Below are positions 29,419 to 39,317 of a DNA stretch of 64,000 nt, one piece after another. Origin of the DNA: Acidobacteriota bacterium (GTDB lineage Bacteria; Acidobacteriota; UBA6911). Each line of letters opens with the position of its first letter. Position 1 is the first letter of the stretch. Position numbers and translations under genes: made by a program. The stretch is taken from the NCBI GenBank assembly GCA_963664705.1, contig OY761556.1, positions 2,400,001-2,464,000 of the forward strand. Reading direction: 5' to 3'. The notes under the pieces are model-generated. The model saw nothing but the letters and a program-made list of their open reading frames with translations. It made no database searches and was not told the DNA's origin.

Positions 29419-30381
29419 CTAGCTTTCCAAAAAGGAGGCACGAATCAAATCGGCATTCAGGGATCCTGATCGGAAGAGTCGTCCCGAATTCAGATTATTG
29501 ATTGCCACCTCAGCAGGGCTGAAAAGCAGTTTGTCGATCTGGTAAAAATCGCCTTTATACTGCATGAAGATATCGTAGAACGGCTTCCCGTAATCGCGAG
29601 AGCTGGCCGAAGGTATCTTATCAATCAACTCGGTAAGAAGCGCATCGTCCGTTCGCACGGAATAGGTGACCTGCGCCCCATAGAGGATTGCGTCATTAGT
29701 ACGCCCGATGGCTTTCAGATCATTGGCAGCCACGGGAGCCAGCGGACACAAACCGATGGCATGTATCACGGTGCGCACATCAAATCCCAGTTCAACCAGC
29801 TTGTGCAAGCCGGTTTCTGCCGAACGGGCGGCAACCTGGACAGACCCTGCAATCGAAGCGGTCGGCGCTACCAACAGGATCAGATGCTCAGGATGAACTT
29901 GGCATTTTTCAGCTACATAGGCTGCAACCTCTGCCGTGGGCAACTCCCTTGTCTCAAGCATCAGGACTGCCGTATCACTCTGGTCGCGGTATTCAAGCTT
30001 TCCAAAAAGCTCCTCATCGGCGCAGCGCGCTCGTGCGGGCCCGGAGCCAATGGCAAAATAGCGATCGAGTTTGATGGCCCATCCCGCGTACTGGGACGCC
30101 ATACAGGCAATCGCGGGATAACTTGCGGTAATCGCTACCGCGGGCACATGGAATGCCTCCGCTCCCGTGTAAAAGCCCTGCTGCGTAAAACTGACCTGGC
30201 CCAATCCGCCCAGGCAGGCGCAGGAGAAAAGACGCCCGGCTTCCAGGCTGCCTGGAACATTAACGCCGGCATCGACCACCGTGGCTCTGTTGGACAACCG
30301 GAAAGTATTCAGGCCAAGGGCCTCGCCATCATCTATCATCTGTTGAACGATCACAGCCGCGCGTCTGTTAACACTGATCAT
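29419..30381 (-). CDS. mch: Methenyl-H4MPT cyclohydrolase
   Basis: CMASQYAGW, GSGPAR, GSVQVAARSAE, GRTNDAILYG and LFSPAE motifs. Confidence 0.96.
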   Translation of the reverse strand: MISVNRRAAVIVQQMIDDGEALGLNTFRLSNRATVVDAGVNVPGSLEAGRLFSCACLGGLGQVSFTQQGFYTGAEAFHVPAVAITASYPAIACMASQYAGWAIKLDRYFAIGSGPARARCADEELFGKLEYRDQSDTAVLMLETRELPTAEVAAYVAEKCQVHPEHLILLVAPTASIAGSVQVAARSAETGLHKLVELGFDVRTVIHAIGLCPLAPVAANDLKAIGRTNDAILYGAQVTYSVRTDDALLTELIDKIPSASSRDYGKPFYDIFMQYKGDFYQIDKLLFSPAEVAINNLNSGRLFRSGSLNADLIRASFLES

Positions 30382-31177
30382 AGACGAGTATCTCTCCCTT
30401 CCCGATCCGATTAAAATCACCGCTATATCGATGGAAACACCCCGTTGAAGCATATTTTGGAACCTGGATCCCGTGCTCGCTCAGGTGTTGGAAGATCAAA
30501 CCTAGAAAACTTGGCTGATATCGACAAGCATATCGATAGGTTGGCAGCAATTCCGGTTTTTCAAAGGTCACAATCGTGCCGCGCAACAGTCCGGCGCCGG
30601 CGCGCACTCCCAGCTTCCCGAACACTACAATGGAGCCGGCGATCATAAAAGCTCCTGCGAAATCACCAACGTCTTTCTGGACGGCAATCAGCCCGCGCCG
30701 CATGCAGGCGCCTACCTCATTTCCCGCGCTTCCTTCTACCAGGATTACCCCACGGTTCATTCCGTGGCGGCTGCCTCGATAGGCTCCGCCCAGGCAATGA
30801 CCGGCATCCCCGCGAATATGGATCCTGCCACCAGCCATCTCGGCGCCAGCCCAATCCCCGGCATTGCCGAAAACATGAATCTCACCACCGCGCATACCGG
30901 CCCCCAGATGCATGCCGATATTTCCCTGAACGGTAAGGCGTCCGGAGGTCATTCCCGACCCGACATTCTTTACCCGGCTCAGATCCCCGCGGAGAACAAC
31001 CTCTTCCGTACCCTGTTCGTCAATCTGAAAGAAATCGCCCAAAGAAACACGCTGATTCCCATGCATGGCGGGAAGCTGGGCGATTTCGAATGCGGATTTG
31101 CCACGCAAGACATCCGGCGTAATGGATCCTGCCTCCAGAGGAGCCTCGGGTTGCACGTGCATTGTCAGCATAGTCAT
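30368..31177 (-). CDS. fwdC: Formylmethanofuran dehydrogenase subunit C
   Basis: GltB/FwdC beta-helix glycine repeats (G..MxGG.I.V.G) and C-terminal GKGEI. Confidence 0.93.
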   Translation of the reverse strand: MTMLTMHVQPEAPLEAGSITPDVLRGKSAFEIAQLPAMHGNQRVSLGDFFQIDEQGTEEVVLRGDLSRVKNVGSGMTSGRLTVQGNIGMHLGAGMRGGEIHVFGNAGDWAGAEMAGGRIHIRGDAGHCLGGAYRGSRHGMNRGVILVEGSAGNEVGACMRRGLIAVQKDVGDFAGAFMIAGSIVVFGKLGVRAGAGLLRGTIVTFEKPELLPTYRYACRYQPSFLGLIFQHLSEHGIQVPKYASTGCFHRYSGDFNRIGKGEILVYDQC

Positions 31178-32073
31178 CTGGAAGCGTCTCCATTCAGAAT
31201 TTTGTGTAAATGGAAATGAAACTTGCCCAGATTGCCTCCGTAGTTGCCCGCGGAAATGCGCAGGACACCCGGGATGCACGCAGCCAACACCCCAACGCGG
31301 GTCGCCTCTTCAATCGATTCGACATCCAGCCCGTCAATAACTATTTCAAGCACTGAGTTCACGCCCTCCGGCAATTCTGTCTTCACCAGCCCTCGCAAAC
31401 TGGGGCAGAATGCATCATTCGTGGATGCTCTCAGGAACTTATACCGTGATCCGACTTTGCTTCCACTGCGGACAATACCGCCGGGAAAAGGCAAAATCAC
31501 GTTGCGAATACGCCTCATGGCATCAACCGCCAATTCAGCAGCCTGTAGTGTGGTTTGCGGATCCTTCCCCAGGATAAGAAAATTCCCGCCACCGATTCCC
31601 CGCTGAAGGCCAAATTTTTCCTCAATGAGAAACTCCCCTTCCATTACCGGTATTCTCCAGTAGCAGCGGCCATCGATAACTTTGCTTGCCTGGAACGTAT
31701 CGCCAAAAAAACGCAACTGGCTTCCCACCGCCACGCGCTCCTCGGAGGACAAACCGTTGTAGCAGGCGGTGGTGGCACAGGTCAGTATCGTCTGTCCGAT
31801 GCGATCGATTAGCTGCTTTGAAAGAGTATCCTTGCCGTAGGCAAACATGAGGATGCTGGCACCCGGCCGCCCATCGGGCGTATTATCCATTTCGCATTCA
31901 AGCCCCGCCTCGCACCCACACCCGATAACGGAGGTGGCAAATCCTGTCATCTGGCGTACCGCTTCGATTACCCATTTGCGATTTACGGCTGTAATGATTA
32001 CGCGAGCCGCCCAGGTACCGAAGGCTTCCGCGTATGTGTCCTCTACTTCAACGCCGTTGATCTGGTATGTCAT
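31174..32073 (-). CDS. ftr: Formylmethanofuran:H4MPT formyltransferase
   Basis: EDTYAEAF, TSVIGCGCEAG, TPDGRPG, GGGNF, RSGSKVG and ISAGNYGG motifs. Confidence 0.97.
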   Translation of the reverse strand: MTYQINGVEVEDTYAEAFGTWAARVIITAVNRKWVIEAVRQMTGFATSVIGCGCEAGLECEMDNTPDGRPGASILMFAYGKDTLSKQLIDRIGQTILTCATTACYNGLSSEERVAVGSQLRFFGDTFQASKVIDGRCYWRIPVMEGEFLIEEKFGLQRGIGGGNFLILGKDPQTTLQAAELAVDAMRRIRNVILPFPGGIVRSGSKVGSRYKFLRASTNDAFCPSLRGLVKTELPEGVNSVLEIVIDGLDVESIEEATRVGVLAACIPGVLRISAGNYGGNLGKFHFHLHKILNGDASR

Positions 32074-32110
32074 AGTCGTAGGTTTGCTTCCATTTACATT
32101 CAGCAGCTCT

Positions 32111-33733
32111 TCACTTCACCGCGACTTCTCGCGGCCGCTGGAGATAATGCTCGGCTTGCACAGGATAGTTCTCGAACTCAATGGTGTAGTATTTGCTGAA
32201 AAAATCCCGAATATCGTTTTCCACGGCCACGTCATACGCAGGAGAAACAAAAAGGGTATGACCGTAGGTCTCCTTGCGAATATGGCCATCCTCCACCAGC
32301 ACTTCCCCTTCCTTGATCACATATCTCGGGTTTGCAAACATCTGCTCTTTGTCATCGTGCTTGTCATAGATGGTGATATCCGCATCCGCGCCACAACCGA
32401 GATGCCCCTTGTGCGTCAGACCTAAGATCTTTGCCGGCGCAGCCCGGGTAATGATTGCAATCTCGTATAGCGAATATTCCCGATCATGATCCGGCAGACT
32501 GGTTTTGGCAATTGCCTTCGGGTTGACCGTTTTCAGGACATCTTTCCGGTATTGCCGATCCATCAACAGCCGGATGATCTGCGGATATGCGACGAAGGAC
32601 GCCCCGTTGGGATGATCGGTAGACAAGGCTATTCGCCAGGGATCATTGACAAGGAGGAACCATTCCAGGCCAATGGCCCACTGAGTAGCATGAACATAAT
32701 TCTTATCTTTGTATTCTATCGGAACGATGCCGCATCCTTCCTCACACTCCACATCCACATTGACCCATTTTCGGCCGCCAATCTGATGCAGAAGGTAAGC
32801 GAGGGGGCCGTCGCCGGTCATAGAGGTGGTTTCCCCGAAAAGAACCTGCCCGATATCCACAGTCACATTTGTGTGCGTATTCACGTACTCGGCCAATTCG
32901 GGCACGCGTGAAGTGAATAATCCACCCGGTCGACCGCCATAGCTGTGAAACTGAATATGCGCCAGGTGCCCCGGCCTGCCATCCAGCGCCTTCATGGTTT
33001 CCAGGGTGGCCTGCCAGTTTCCGGCTATTCCAAGGTTATTGCAATGGATGTGCACGGGGTGCGGCAGTCGCAACTCCATACTCGCTTCGGCAAGAGACGA
33101 GATAATCTGGCGCGGCGTAACGCCAAAGCCCGATACTTCGTCGTCCAGCGCATGAACGTTTCCTCTGAATTTCCACAATTCCACGCCGCCCGGGTTCACA
33201 ATCTTGATGGCATACCCTTTTGTTGCCTGCAGCAGCCATGCTACATAGTGCTTCACTTTTTCACGTTCACCGGCGGCGATCTGCTTCATGATGAATTCGT
33301 TATTCCCCATCAAAACAAAAAAGCCTTTGTCGATGACAGGAGTATCCAGAAATTCCTCATGCGCATGTCGCGCCGCCATTGGAGGAACGGCGGCATCAAA
33401 AGCAGTGGTATATCCCATTGCCGCATAACGGTAGCCTGTAGTAAATGTCGATGGAATCGATTTCCCCACGCCGGATCTGGTAATCGCGGTTTTGGACACC
33501 GGGTCCCGCCTGTGATCCTCCGGGCGCATTTTGCGGGCTGTATTGACCTTTGGCCCGGCAATGTGGCAATGCATATCCACACCACCTGGCATAATCACCA
33601 TTCCGGCGGCATCAATTGTCTTTCCTTCCTTGACGGTATCGACGATCCGCCCTTCGCTGACGCAGATCTCTCTCACCTCGCCGTTGATGCCGTTGATCGG
33701 ATCGTATACTTCACCATTGATGATCTTCAGCAT
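32111..33733 (-). CDS. fwdA: Formylmethanofuran dehydrogenase subunit A (amidohydrolase)
   Basis: DMHCH, KIVNPGG, HIHCNNLG, HIQF and STDHPNG metal-site motifs are intact. Confidence 0.96.
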   Translation of the reverse strand: MLKIINGEVYDPINGINGEVREICVSEGRIVDTVKEGKTIDAAGMVIMPGGVDMHCHIAGPKVNTARKMRPEDHRRDPVSKTAITRSGVGKSIPSTFTTGYRYAAMGYTTAFDAAVPPMAARHAHEEFLDTPVIDKGFFVLMGNNEFIMKQIAAGEREKVKHYVAWLLQATKGYAIKIVNPGGVELWKFRGNVHALDDEVSGFGVTPRQIISSLAEASMELRLPHPVHIHCNNLGIAGNWQATLETMKALDGRPGHLAHIQFHSYGGRPGGLFTSRVPELAEYVNTHTNVTVDIGQVLFGETTSMTGDGPLAYLLHQIGGRKWVNVDVECEEGCGIVPIEYKDKNYVHATQWAIGLEWFLLVNDPWRIALSTDHPNGASFVAYPQIIRLLMDRQYRKDVLKTVNPKAIAKTSLPDHDREYSLYEIAIITRAAPAKILGLTHKGHLGCGADADITIYDKHDDKEQMFANPRYVIKEGEVLVEDGHIRKETYGHTLFVSPAYDVAVENDIRDFFSKYYTIEFENYPVQAEHYLQRPREVAVK

Positions 33734-35016
33734 GCTTTCAGCTCCTTCACTCGCGTCAACAACCGGCTGAGCAATTCCTGATCAGACGGATACGGAGAGG
33801 GCAGGACTTTCCGCAGCAGAATCGGGATGTTATCCATGCGATATACCGTTCCCTCCACATGAATTCCCGCTGTACATGTCGTGAACGCAACATGCGCGAT
33901 TTTCGTGGTTTCACTTTCATGCGTGTCCACCGCGATTGTGGGAATGGAAGCCAGGTGGCGAACCGCTCTTGCGGGCAGCGTTGCCGCCGGATCGGCGGCC
34001 ACCACGATGGCCGCATCGGCCTCCTTTCGACTGCATACATCGACAACCGTATACTCTCCCGGATTGAAACGAGGGTAGCCCAGGCTGAAGTTGACACCGA
34101 AAGGATACCCCGTCTGCCACGCGACGACATTATCCACGCCGGTTACATTGCCGTGGCCTCTCATAGGAATAATGGCAAATTTTGTATGCTGATGAAGCGC
34201 GCGCACCAGCAGAAAAGCGGCGGTAGTATTGAAGTGCTTGCCCCGCGTTTGCGTCAAGCCCTGACCGGCAAAGAGCACGCCAAATTTGCAGTGCATCATC
34301 TTTTCCGCCAGAGCATTCAGCTGATCGATCGTCAGGCCGGTTTCTTCGACGGACGCTTCATCCACCTTTTGGCCCTTCACAAGAGCCTGGAGAGCCCAAA
34401 GCACCTCAAAATCCTTGCCGGGCTTTATCTGAATAAACATATCCACGGCGGCAGCGCTCGCGGTACGGCGTACATCCACAAGCACGACGGTGCGATCTTT
34501 TCGTCCTCGAGGAATAAACATGCCTTTGGGCATTACAGCATAACGCACCATGTGGCGCGGATGCGATTCCCCCGGATTCGATCCCCAATAAATGATCAGG
34601 TCAGCCCGGTTCTTGACCTCACCCAGGGTACAAGTGGGCTCGCCGACGCCCTGCAGCGCCATGCCTGAAGGGCCATGACATACGGAGGTGCAACAATCCA
34701 GGCACCCGCCCAAAAGCTCAGCCAGCGCCACGGCCGAACGCTGTGCTTCACAGGAAGTGCTGCTCAACCCGTAAACGAGCGGATATCGCGATGCAGCCAG
34801 GCAGCGAGCCGCTTCATGAATCCCTTCTTCCAGGCTGACGGCCTGCCCCTGGATCCGGGCCAACGGGAGGTTCGATGGTTGGCCATGGTTCAGAAACCAT
34901 GCTTTCCCAAGAACACAGGCATTCTTAACCTGGGTAACACGATCCTCTTCAACCGTCACCCGGATATCGTCACAATCACACCCGCAAAATGCGCACACTG
35001 CGTGATCCACTTGCAT
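33727..35016 (-). CDS. fwdB: Formylmethanofuran dehydrogenase subunit B (Mo/W-pterin catalytic subunit)
   Basis: CAFCGCDC...C 4Fe-4S motif, SVCHGP metal ligand (Cys113), GEVKNRAD, HPRH and MRGHGNV motifs. Confidence 0.94.
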   Translation of the reverse strand: MQVDHAVCAFCGCDCDDIRVTVEEDRVTQVKNACVLGKAWFLNHGQPSNLPLARIQGQAVSLEEGIHEAARCLAASRYPLVYGLSSTSCEAQRSAVALAELLGGCLDCCTSVCHGPSGMALQGVGEPTCTLGEVKNRADLIIYWGSNPGESHPRHMVRYAVMPKGMFIPRGRKDRTVVLVDVRRTASAAAVDMFIQIKPGKDFEVLWALQALVKGQKVDEASVEETGLTIDQLNALAEKMMHCKFGVLFAGQGLTQTRGKHFNTTAAFLLVRALHQHTKFAIIPMRGHGNVTGVDNVVAWQTGYPFGVNFSLGYPRFNPGEYTVVDVCSRKEADAAIVVAADPAATLPARAVRHLASIPTIAVDTHESETTKIAHVAFTTCTAGIHVEGTVYRMDNIPILLRKVLPSPYPSDQELLSRLLTRVKELKAC

Positions 35017-35025
35017 ACGCCAATC

Positions 35026-35409
35026 CTATGACTCCATTATCCCGGACCCGGGCTTCTGTTCCTGATTTTTGGGAACAGCTCTTGTAATCTCGATCTCCAC
35101 GTGTTTTGAATCGGGCATTCCTGACGCGTAGGTTTCACCGCCAACCAATCGGTTGCACGCCGGACCGAATGCAATGAACGCCATCCCCGGGGGTATATCG
35201 GCAGCACGGCATATGACTTCCGCCGATCCATACTCCGTGGTTATCCGAACGGCATCTCCCTCAGCCAATCCTGACCTCTCCAGATCAACAGTATTCACAT
35301 CCAGGATGCGGGTAGCCTCTTGATAATCCAGGTATTCCTTACCGCTCGAAATTCCAGCACCCTGCTTGGTGGACCTGCCGGTAACCAACATCAGCTTAAG
35401 CGTTGCCAT
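35026..35409 (-). CDS. fwdD: Formylmethanofuran dehydrogenase subunit D (molybdopterin-dinucleotide-binding domain)
   Basis: TGRSTKQG, G.AFI.FGP..N and GMPDSK motifs; directly upstream of fwdB. Confidence 0.85.
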   Translation of the reverse strand: MATLKLMLVTGRSTKQGAGISSGKEYLDYQEATRILDVNTVDLERSGLAEGDAVRITTEYGSAEVICRAADIPPGMAFIAFGPACNRLVGGETYASGMPDSKHVEIEITRAVPKNQEQKPGSGIMES

Positions 35410-36589
35410 AAATCCGATCTCTCAACAATCGAGCCTGTCGAACCAACTCGCCATACGTTTCCGCCCGCGTTGCCCCTTGCGCAAGCAGGGTACAAACCGG
35501 ACTGCCTTTCCGCAATAACTGATCCGGGGCCGGAATATCCCTGAGCTGGCAGCCCGGCATATTCAAGACTCCCGGGCAGACGGAATCTTTTTCGCAAAAC
35601 AGAATGCTTTTACCGAAAAAACGGTCGGAACTCAATCGCGATTCCAGTCGAAATTCCGGCAATCTTCGATCGACAACCGCCTCCATATGACAACCAAAAA
35701 TCGACAAGCCATATGCCCGTTCGATCAATTCCATAGAAGCGGAATATCGGGGATTCACCTCGATAAGATATACTTCATCACGATTCAGGATAAAATCAAA
35801 ACCATTGATGCCTATTAATCCATATTCACGGACAAGGAATTCGCATAACCGCCTAACCCGGCTAACCACGGGCAGGCCGGGTTCAAGAGCCTCCGGCAAA
35901 GGCAGGATATTTCCGCAATAGCGATAGCCCTGTGTCCCAAAGTGGCAGTCCCCGATCAATTGCTCCGTGATTCCAAGGAGTACGGTTTCCGATCCGTTGG
36001 CAACAAATGTTGCCGAACAGGCTTTTCCTGCAATGAATTCCTGCACCAGCGTTTCTTTTTCAGGCGTCTGTCCATGAAGGAGGAAGATGCCATGCCCCCC
36101 TCCACTCTTAACCGGTTTACTGAGCCACTGACGTCCCTCATCCAATCCGCGACTATTCTGGCGGGAAAGGGTCTCCGGAACGGAAAAGCCACCCGCCCGC
36201 AGGCGAGCAAATAAAACCGGCCAATCACGGATGGCGGCAACGCTGGCAGGAGAGTTGCCAGCCAGCGGATGGGTCGATTCAAACCTTTGAAGTATTTCAG
36301 GATGGTTCTCGAGATTGGAGGTATAGGCAACGGAGTGAAAATCAAGTTGTCGACTCGCCTCAAACAGCGCACGGGCGCTATAGGGGACATTAAAATCCCG
36401 CGGGAGGGAATAGCAACCGGCAAGTGCTCGCAAATCCTCATCCCCAAAAGCATCCAATGCAACGACCGGGTAGCGGCTTTGGACCGCCGACTCGACAAAG
36501 GCGCGCACACTGATGCCAATGACCAAAATTCTGCATTCTTGCGAAGACGTCATTTCACTCCCTGATTTTCTCCGCAGGTCTTCAGACAT
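35396..36589 (-). CDS. ATP-grasp protein (OrfY/MyfB-like)
   Basis: SVRAFVESA, DAFGDEDL, KP..SGGG.GI, YCGNI and IEVNPRYSAS motifs. Confidence 0.82.
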   Translation of the reverse strand: MSEDLRRKSGSEMTSSQECRILVIGISVRAFVESAVQSRYPVVALDAFGDEDLRALAGCYSLPRDFNVPYSARALFEASRQLDFHSVAYTSNLENHPEILQRFESTHPLAGNSPASVAAIRDWPVLFARLRAGGFSVPETLSRQNSRGLDEGRQWLSKPVKSGGGHGIFLLHGQTPEKETLVQEFIAGKACSATFVANGSETVLLGITEQLIGDCHFGTQGYRYCGNILPLPEALEPGLPVVSRVRRLCEFLVREYGLIGINGFDFILNRDEVYLIEVNPRYSASMELIERAYGLSIFGCHMEAVVDRRLPEFRLESRLSSDRFFGKSILFCEKDSVCPGVLNMPGCQLRDIPAPDQLLRKGSPVCTLLAQGATRAETYGELVRQARLLRDRIYGNA

Positions 36590-36793
36590 TAAAGATCATC
36601 CATCCATATTGAAAAGGTGCTCAGTCTATCACAGGGATGAGACTTCCCACACTGGAAGCTCCGGCATATTTCCCGCTCCGGGATTTGCTAAATCCTTCTG
36701 TGCCTGTTTTGCGGCGCGTGAGGTAATATAGCTGTCGTTGCGGAGTTTATTTCGCAGTACAAAACCGAAAAGGCTTCCGGAGGATACCACCGC

Positions 36794-37651
36794 ATGAAGA
36801 AGATACTTATCCAACTCGACAGTGACCGTGTGCCCAGCGTATTTGACGCCGTAACGGCTTACGATGCGGGAGCGGATCGATTGCTTCAACATGGTGGAAT
36901 CGTTCCCACTGAAGTGCGCGACCTCGTTTACGGAGCCATGTTCACGCGCGGACCTTCGGATTTGAAAAACACCGCTGTATTCATCGGGGGAATCAGCGTT
37001 GCAAAAGGAGAGGCCATTCTCAAGGAAACCCTGGCAGCATTCTTCAACCCCTTGAGAGTCTCGGTAATGCTTGACTCCAACGGCTGCAACACAACGGCCA
37101 CGGCCGCGGTGGTCAAAGTCATTTCCGCAGTCCCGGTCCGCGGACAAAAAGTGGTTGTGCTGGCGGGAACCGGACCCGTAGGCCAAAGGGTTGCCGCCCT
37201 CCTCGCCAAAGAGGGAGCCGAAGTCACACTCACATCACGCACTTTTGAGCGAGCCAAAACCGCTTGCGATGCTTTGAAAGAGCGATTTGGGTCGAATGCA
37301 ATTCCGGCAGCCGCGGCCGACTTCGCGGCCACAGCAGCGGTACTTGAAGATGCATGCGCCGCCATCTGCACCGGAGTGGAAGGGGTCATGCTCATTCCGG
37401 AAGATGTCTGGAAAAAGCACCCGACGCTGCAGGTCCTGGCAGACGTCAATGCAGTCCCTCCCCTTGGAATCGAGGGAACGCAATCTCATTGGGACGGTCA
37501 GCAGGTCAATGACAAGCGGATATTCGGTGCCATTGGAATCGGCGGCCTCAAAATGAAAGTCCACAAGAGATGTATTGCACGGCTTTTTGAGCGCAATGAC
37601 CTGGTATTGGACGCAGAGGAGATAATGGTCATCGCCAAGGAATTGGCCTGA
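36794..37651 (+). CDS. mtd: NAD(P)-dependent methylene-H4MPT dehydrogenase (MtdA/MtdC-like)
   Basis: PSVFD, FTRG, MLDSNGCNTTA, AGTGPVG, DVNAVPPLGI and IGGLKMKVH motifs. Confidence 0.93.
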   Translation: MKKILIQLDSDRVPSVFDAVTAYDAGADRLLQHGGIVPTEVRDLVYGAMFTRGPSDLKNTAVFIGGISVAKGEAILKETLAAFFNPLRVSVMLDSNGCNTTATAAVVKVISAVPVRGQKVVVLAGTGPVGQRVAALLAKEGAEVTLTSRTFERAKTACDALKERFGSNAIPAAAADFAATAAVLEDACAAICTGVEGVMLIPEDVWKKHPTLQVLADVNAVPPLGIEGTQSHWDGQQVNDKRIFGAIGIGGLKMKVHKRCIARLFERNDLVLDAEEIMVIAKELA

Positions 37652-37673
37652 GGAAATGCGCGGAGGGCTTGTC

Positions 37674-38696
37674 TCAAAGGAGGAGGGTGCTGCGGGACAC
37701 GAAGGCTTCGGATTTTTGAATCTTCACCTGAGCGCCCCTGTTTCGGGGCTGTACGCAGAGAACCTGTCCTTCGCCGCAGGTTTGGAGAAAGTCCTTCACC
37801 TGCTGAGTCAGTTTTCGTGCGGACGCTCGCCCCTGGACCAGGCCATAAACAGCGGGTCCCCAGGAACTCTGCCCTGCTCCGACCGCTCCGTTCGCCAGCA
37901 GAAAGTCGATTATCTTTTCGGATAGAGGATTCGAATATCGCCCCCCCTGAACGGCGGCAAAACAATCTCCTATCATCTGCTGTATGATCGTCATCGCCTT
38001 TCCGAAACCATCGATATCTTTTTCAACAAGCGCGGGCAGCATTTTCATCAGAAGCAGATGACTGACTTTTCCCACCAGATCCGGGTTTGCCTCCGGCAAA
38101 TGCGAAAAAGCGCTGCATTCCCTTTCACCGCTGATACCTTGCCCGGTGCCCGGAATACATACAATGAAAAACCAGTCTTTCGGCACCGCACGGTGAAACA
38201 GGATAGGAGGGACATGCTTTCCTGCCTGCCGGGTTGCCCTCGCGGAATCAACGGGCTCGGGGATTCGGTGCCCACCATCCAGAACGAAACCGCCATGTTG
38301 GAAGGTTGCAATCCCTATGCCCGATCTCATGCCCCTTCCGGCATCCAGTGCAATCTCCTCGACGCTCAACGGCAAACCCGCCAGATGAGCCAGTGCCGTC
38401 CCAACCGCAAGCGCTATCTGGGTCCCCGAACCCAGGCCGACGTGCGCGGGGATTCCCGAGATCAGTTGAAGGCGCGCTCCGGCAGGAATCCCATATTTTT
38501 CCACGAAGCGGACGGCGTAAGTTTTTACGCGGTCCGATTCCGCACCCTCGATTATCAGGTCATCCGCCGATTCGGCCTTTAGCCGCAGCTGCGGATGATC
38601 CACCGCCACACCAATGCTGCCATACAGCCGGCCACACTCCCCATTGTGATCCAGCAAACCCAGATGAAGGCGCGCACAGGTTCTGACCTCAATCAT
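37674..38696 (-). CDS. mptG: Beta-ribofuranosylaminobenzene 5'-phosphate synthase
   Basis: RLHLGLLD, HVGLGSGTQ, GRGMRSGIG, GGFVLDGG and GQSSWGP motifs. Confidence 0.93.
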   Translation of the reverse strand: MIEVRTCARLHLGLLDHNGECGRLYGSIGVAVDHPQLRLKAESADDLIIEGAESDRVKTYAVRFVEKYGIPAGARLQLISGIPAHVGLGSGTQIALAVGTALAHLAGLPLSVEEIALDAGRGMRSGIGIATFQHGGFVLDGGHRIPEPVDSARATRQAGKHVPPILFHRAVPKDWFFIVCIPGTGQGISGERECSAFSHLPEANPDLVGKVSHLLLMKMLPALVEKDIDGFGKAMTIIQQMIGDCFAAVQGGRYSNPLSEKIIDFLLANGAVGAGQSSWGPAVYGLVQGRASARKLTQQVKDFLQTCGEGQVLCVQPRNRGAQVKIQKSEAFVSRSTLLL

Positions 38697-39244
38697 TACG
38701 CTCCCTTTCGAACAAAGTCTTGTACCATCTGTAAGGCTTGTTTATCGATCGCATCCCCGGTTTTTTCTACGATCTCCCCATACTGCATCAGCTTTTCTTC
38801 CACCCAAAGCGGTTCGTAGAACATCCGTCGCGTGGCCACGATGGTCGCTTCCAGCACGGCATTGCTGCCGCGACGAAACCCAAGGAATTCCTTCTGCCGG
38901 CCCTCGTAGAGCACCCTGCATTGGATATTGGCTCGCACATCGTCCCCTGAATCGGAAATCACCTCCATTTCCCGCCAGGAACAAGTTTCGCTGAACACGA
39001 CACACGGGCTCGCCTTCCCCGGGAAATGAGGAAGCACTGCATCATATAGCGCACTCCGGACATACGCCAGAATATCATCGCTTATGTTTGCTACTCCATA
39101 CCTGGTAGAGAGAAGGTTCCGACAGGTATGGCTGTCACGGAATGGCCTCACGACGACAATGTTCCGGTCCCACACCACTCCCATAGGTGCGAAGTTGGGT
39201 TTCCCGCTCTCATCCAGAGTGGAGAAAATCGTCTCAACAATCAT
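38696..39244 (-). CDS. DUF447 family protein (Orf19-like)
   Basis: MIVETIFST, NFAPMG and AVLEATIVATR motifs; translationally coupled to mptG. Confidence 0.85.
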   Translation of the reverse strand: MIVETIFSTLDESGKPNFAPMGVVWDRNIVVVRPFRDSHTCRNLLSTRYGVANISDDILAYVRSALYDAVLPHFPGKASPCVVFSETCSWREMEVISDSGDDVRANIQCRVLYEGRQKEFLGFRRGSNAVLEATIVATRRMFYEPLWVEEKLMQYGEIVEKTGDAIDKQALQMVQDFVRKGA

Positions 39245-39317
39245 ATTTCGAATTTTGCATAAAACTCAGCACCGTGAGTTTAACCCAAAAAACCGAGGAC
39301 TCAGATAACAAAACAAA

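Noticed and set aside
33727-35016. Selenocysteine form of FwdB
   Set aside because: The metal-ligand codon is TGT (Cys) and the ORF is uninterrupted.
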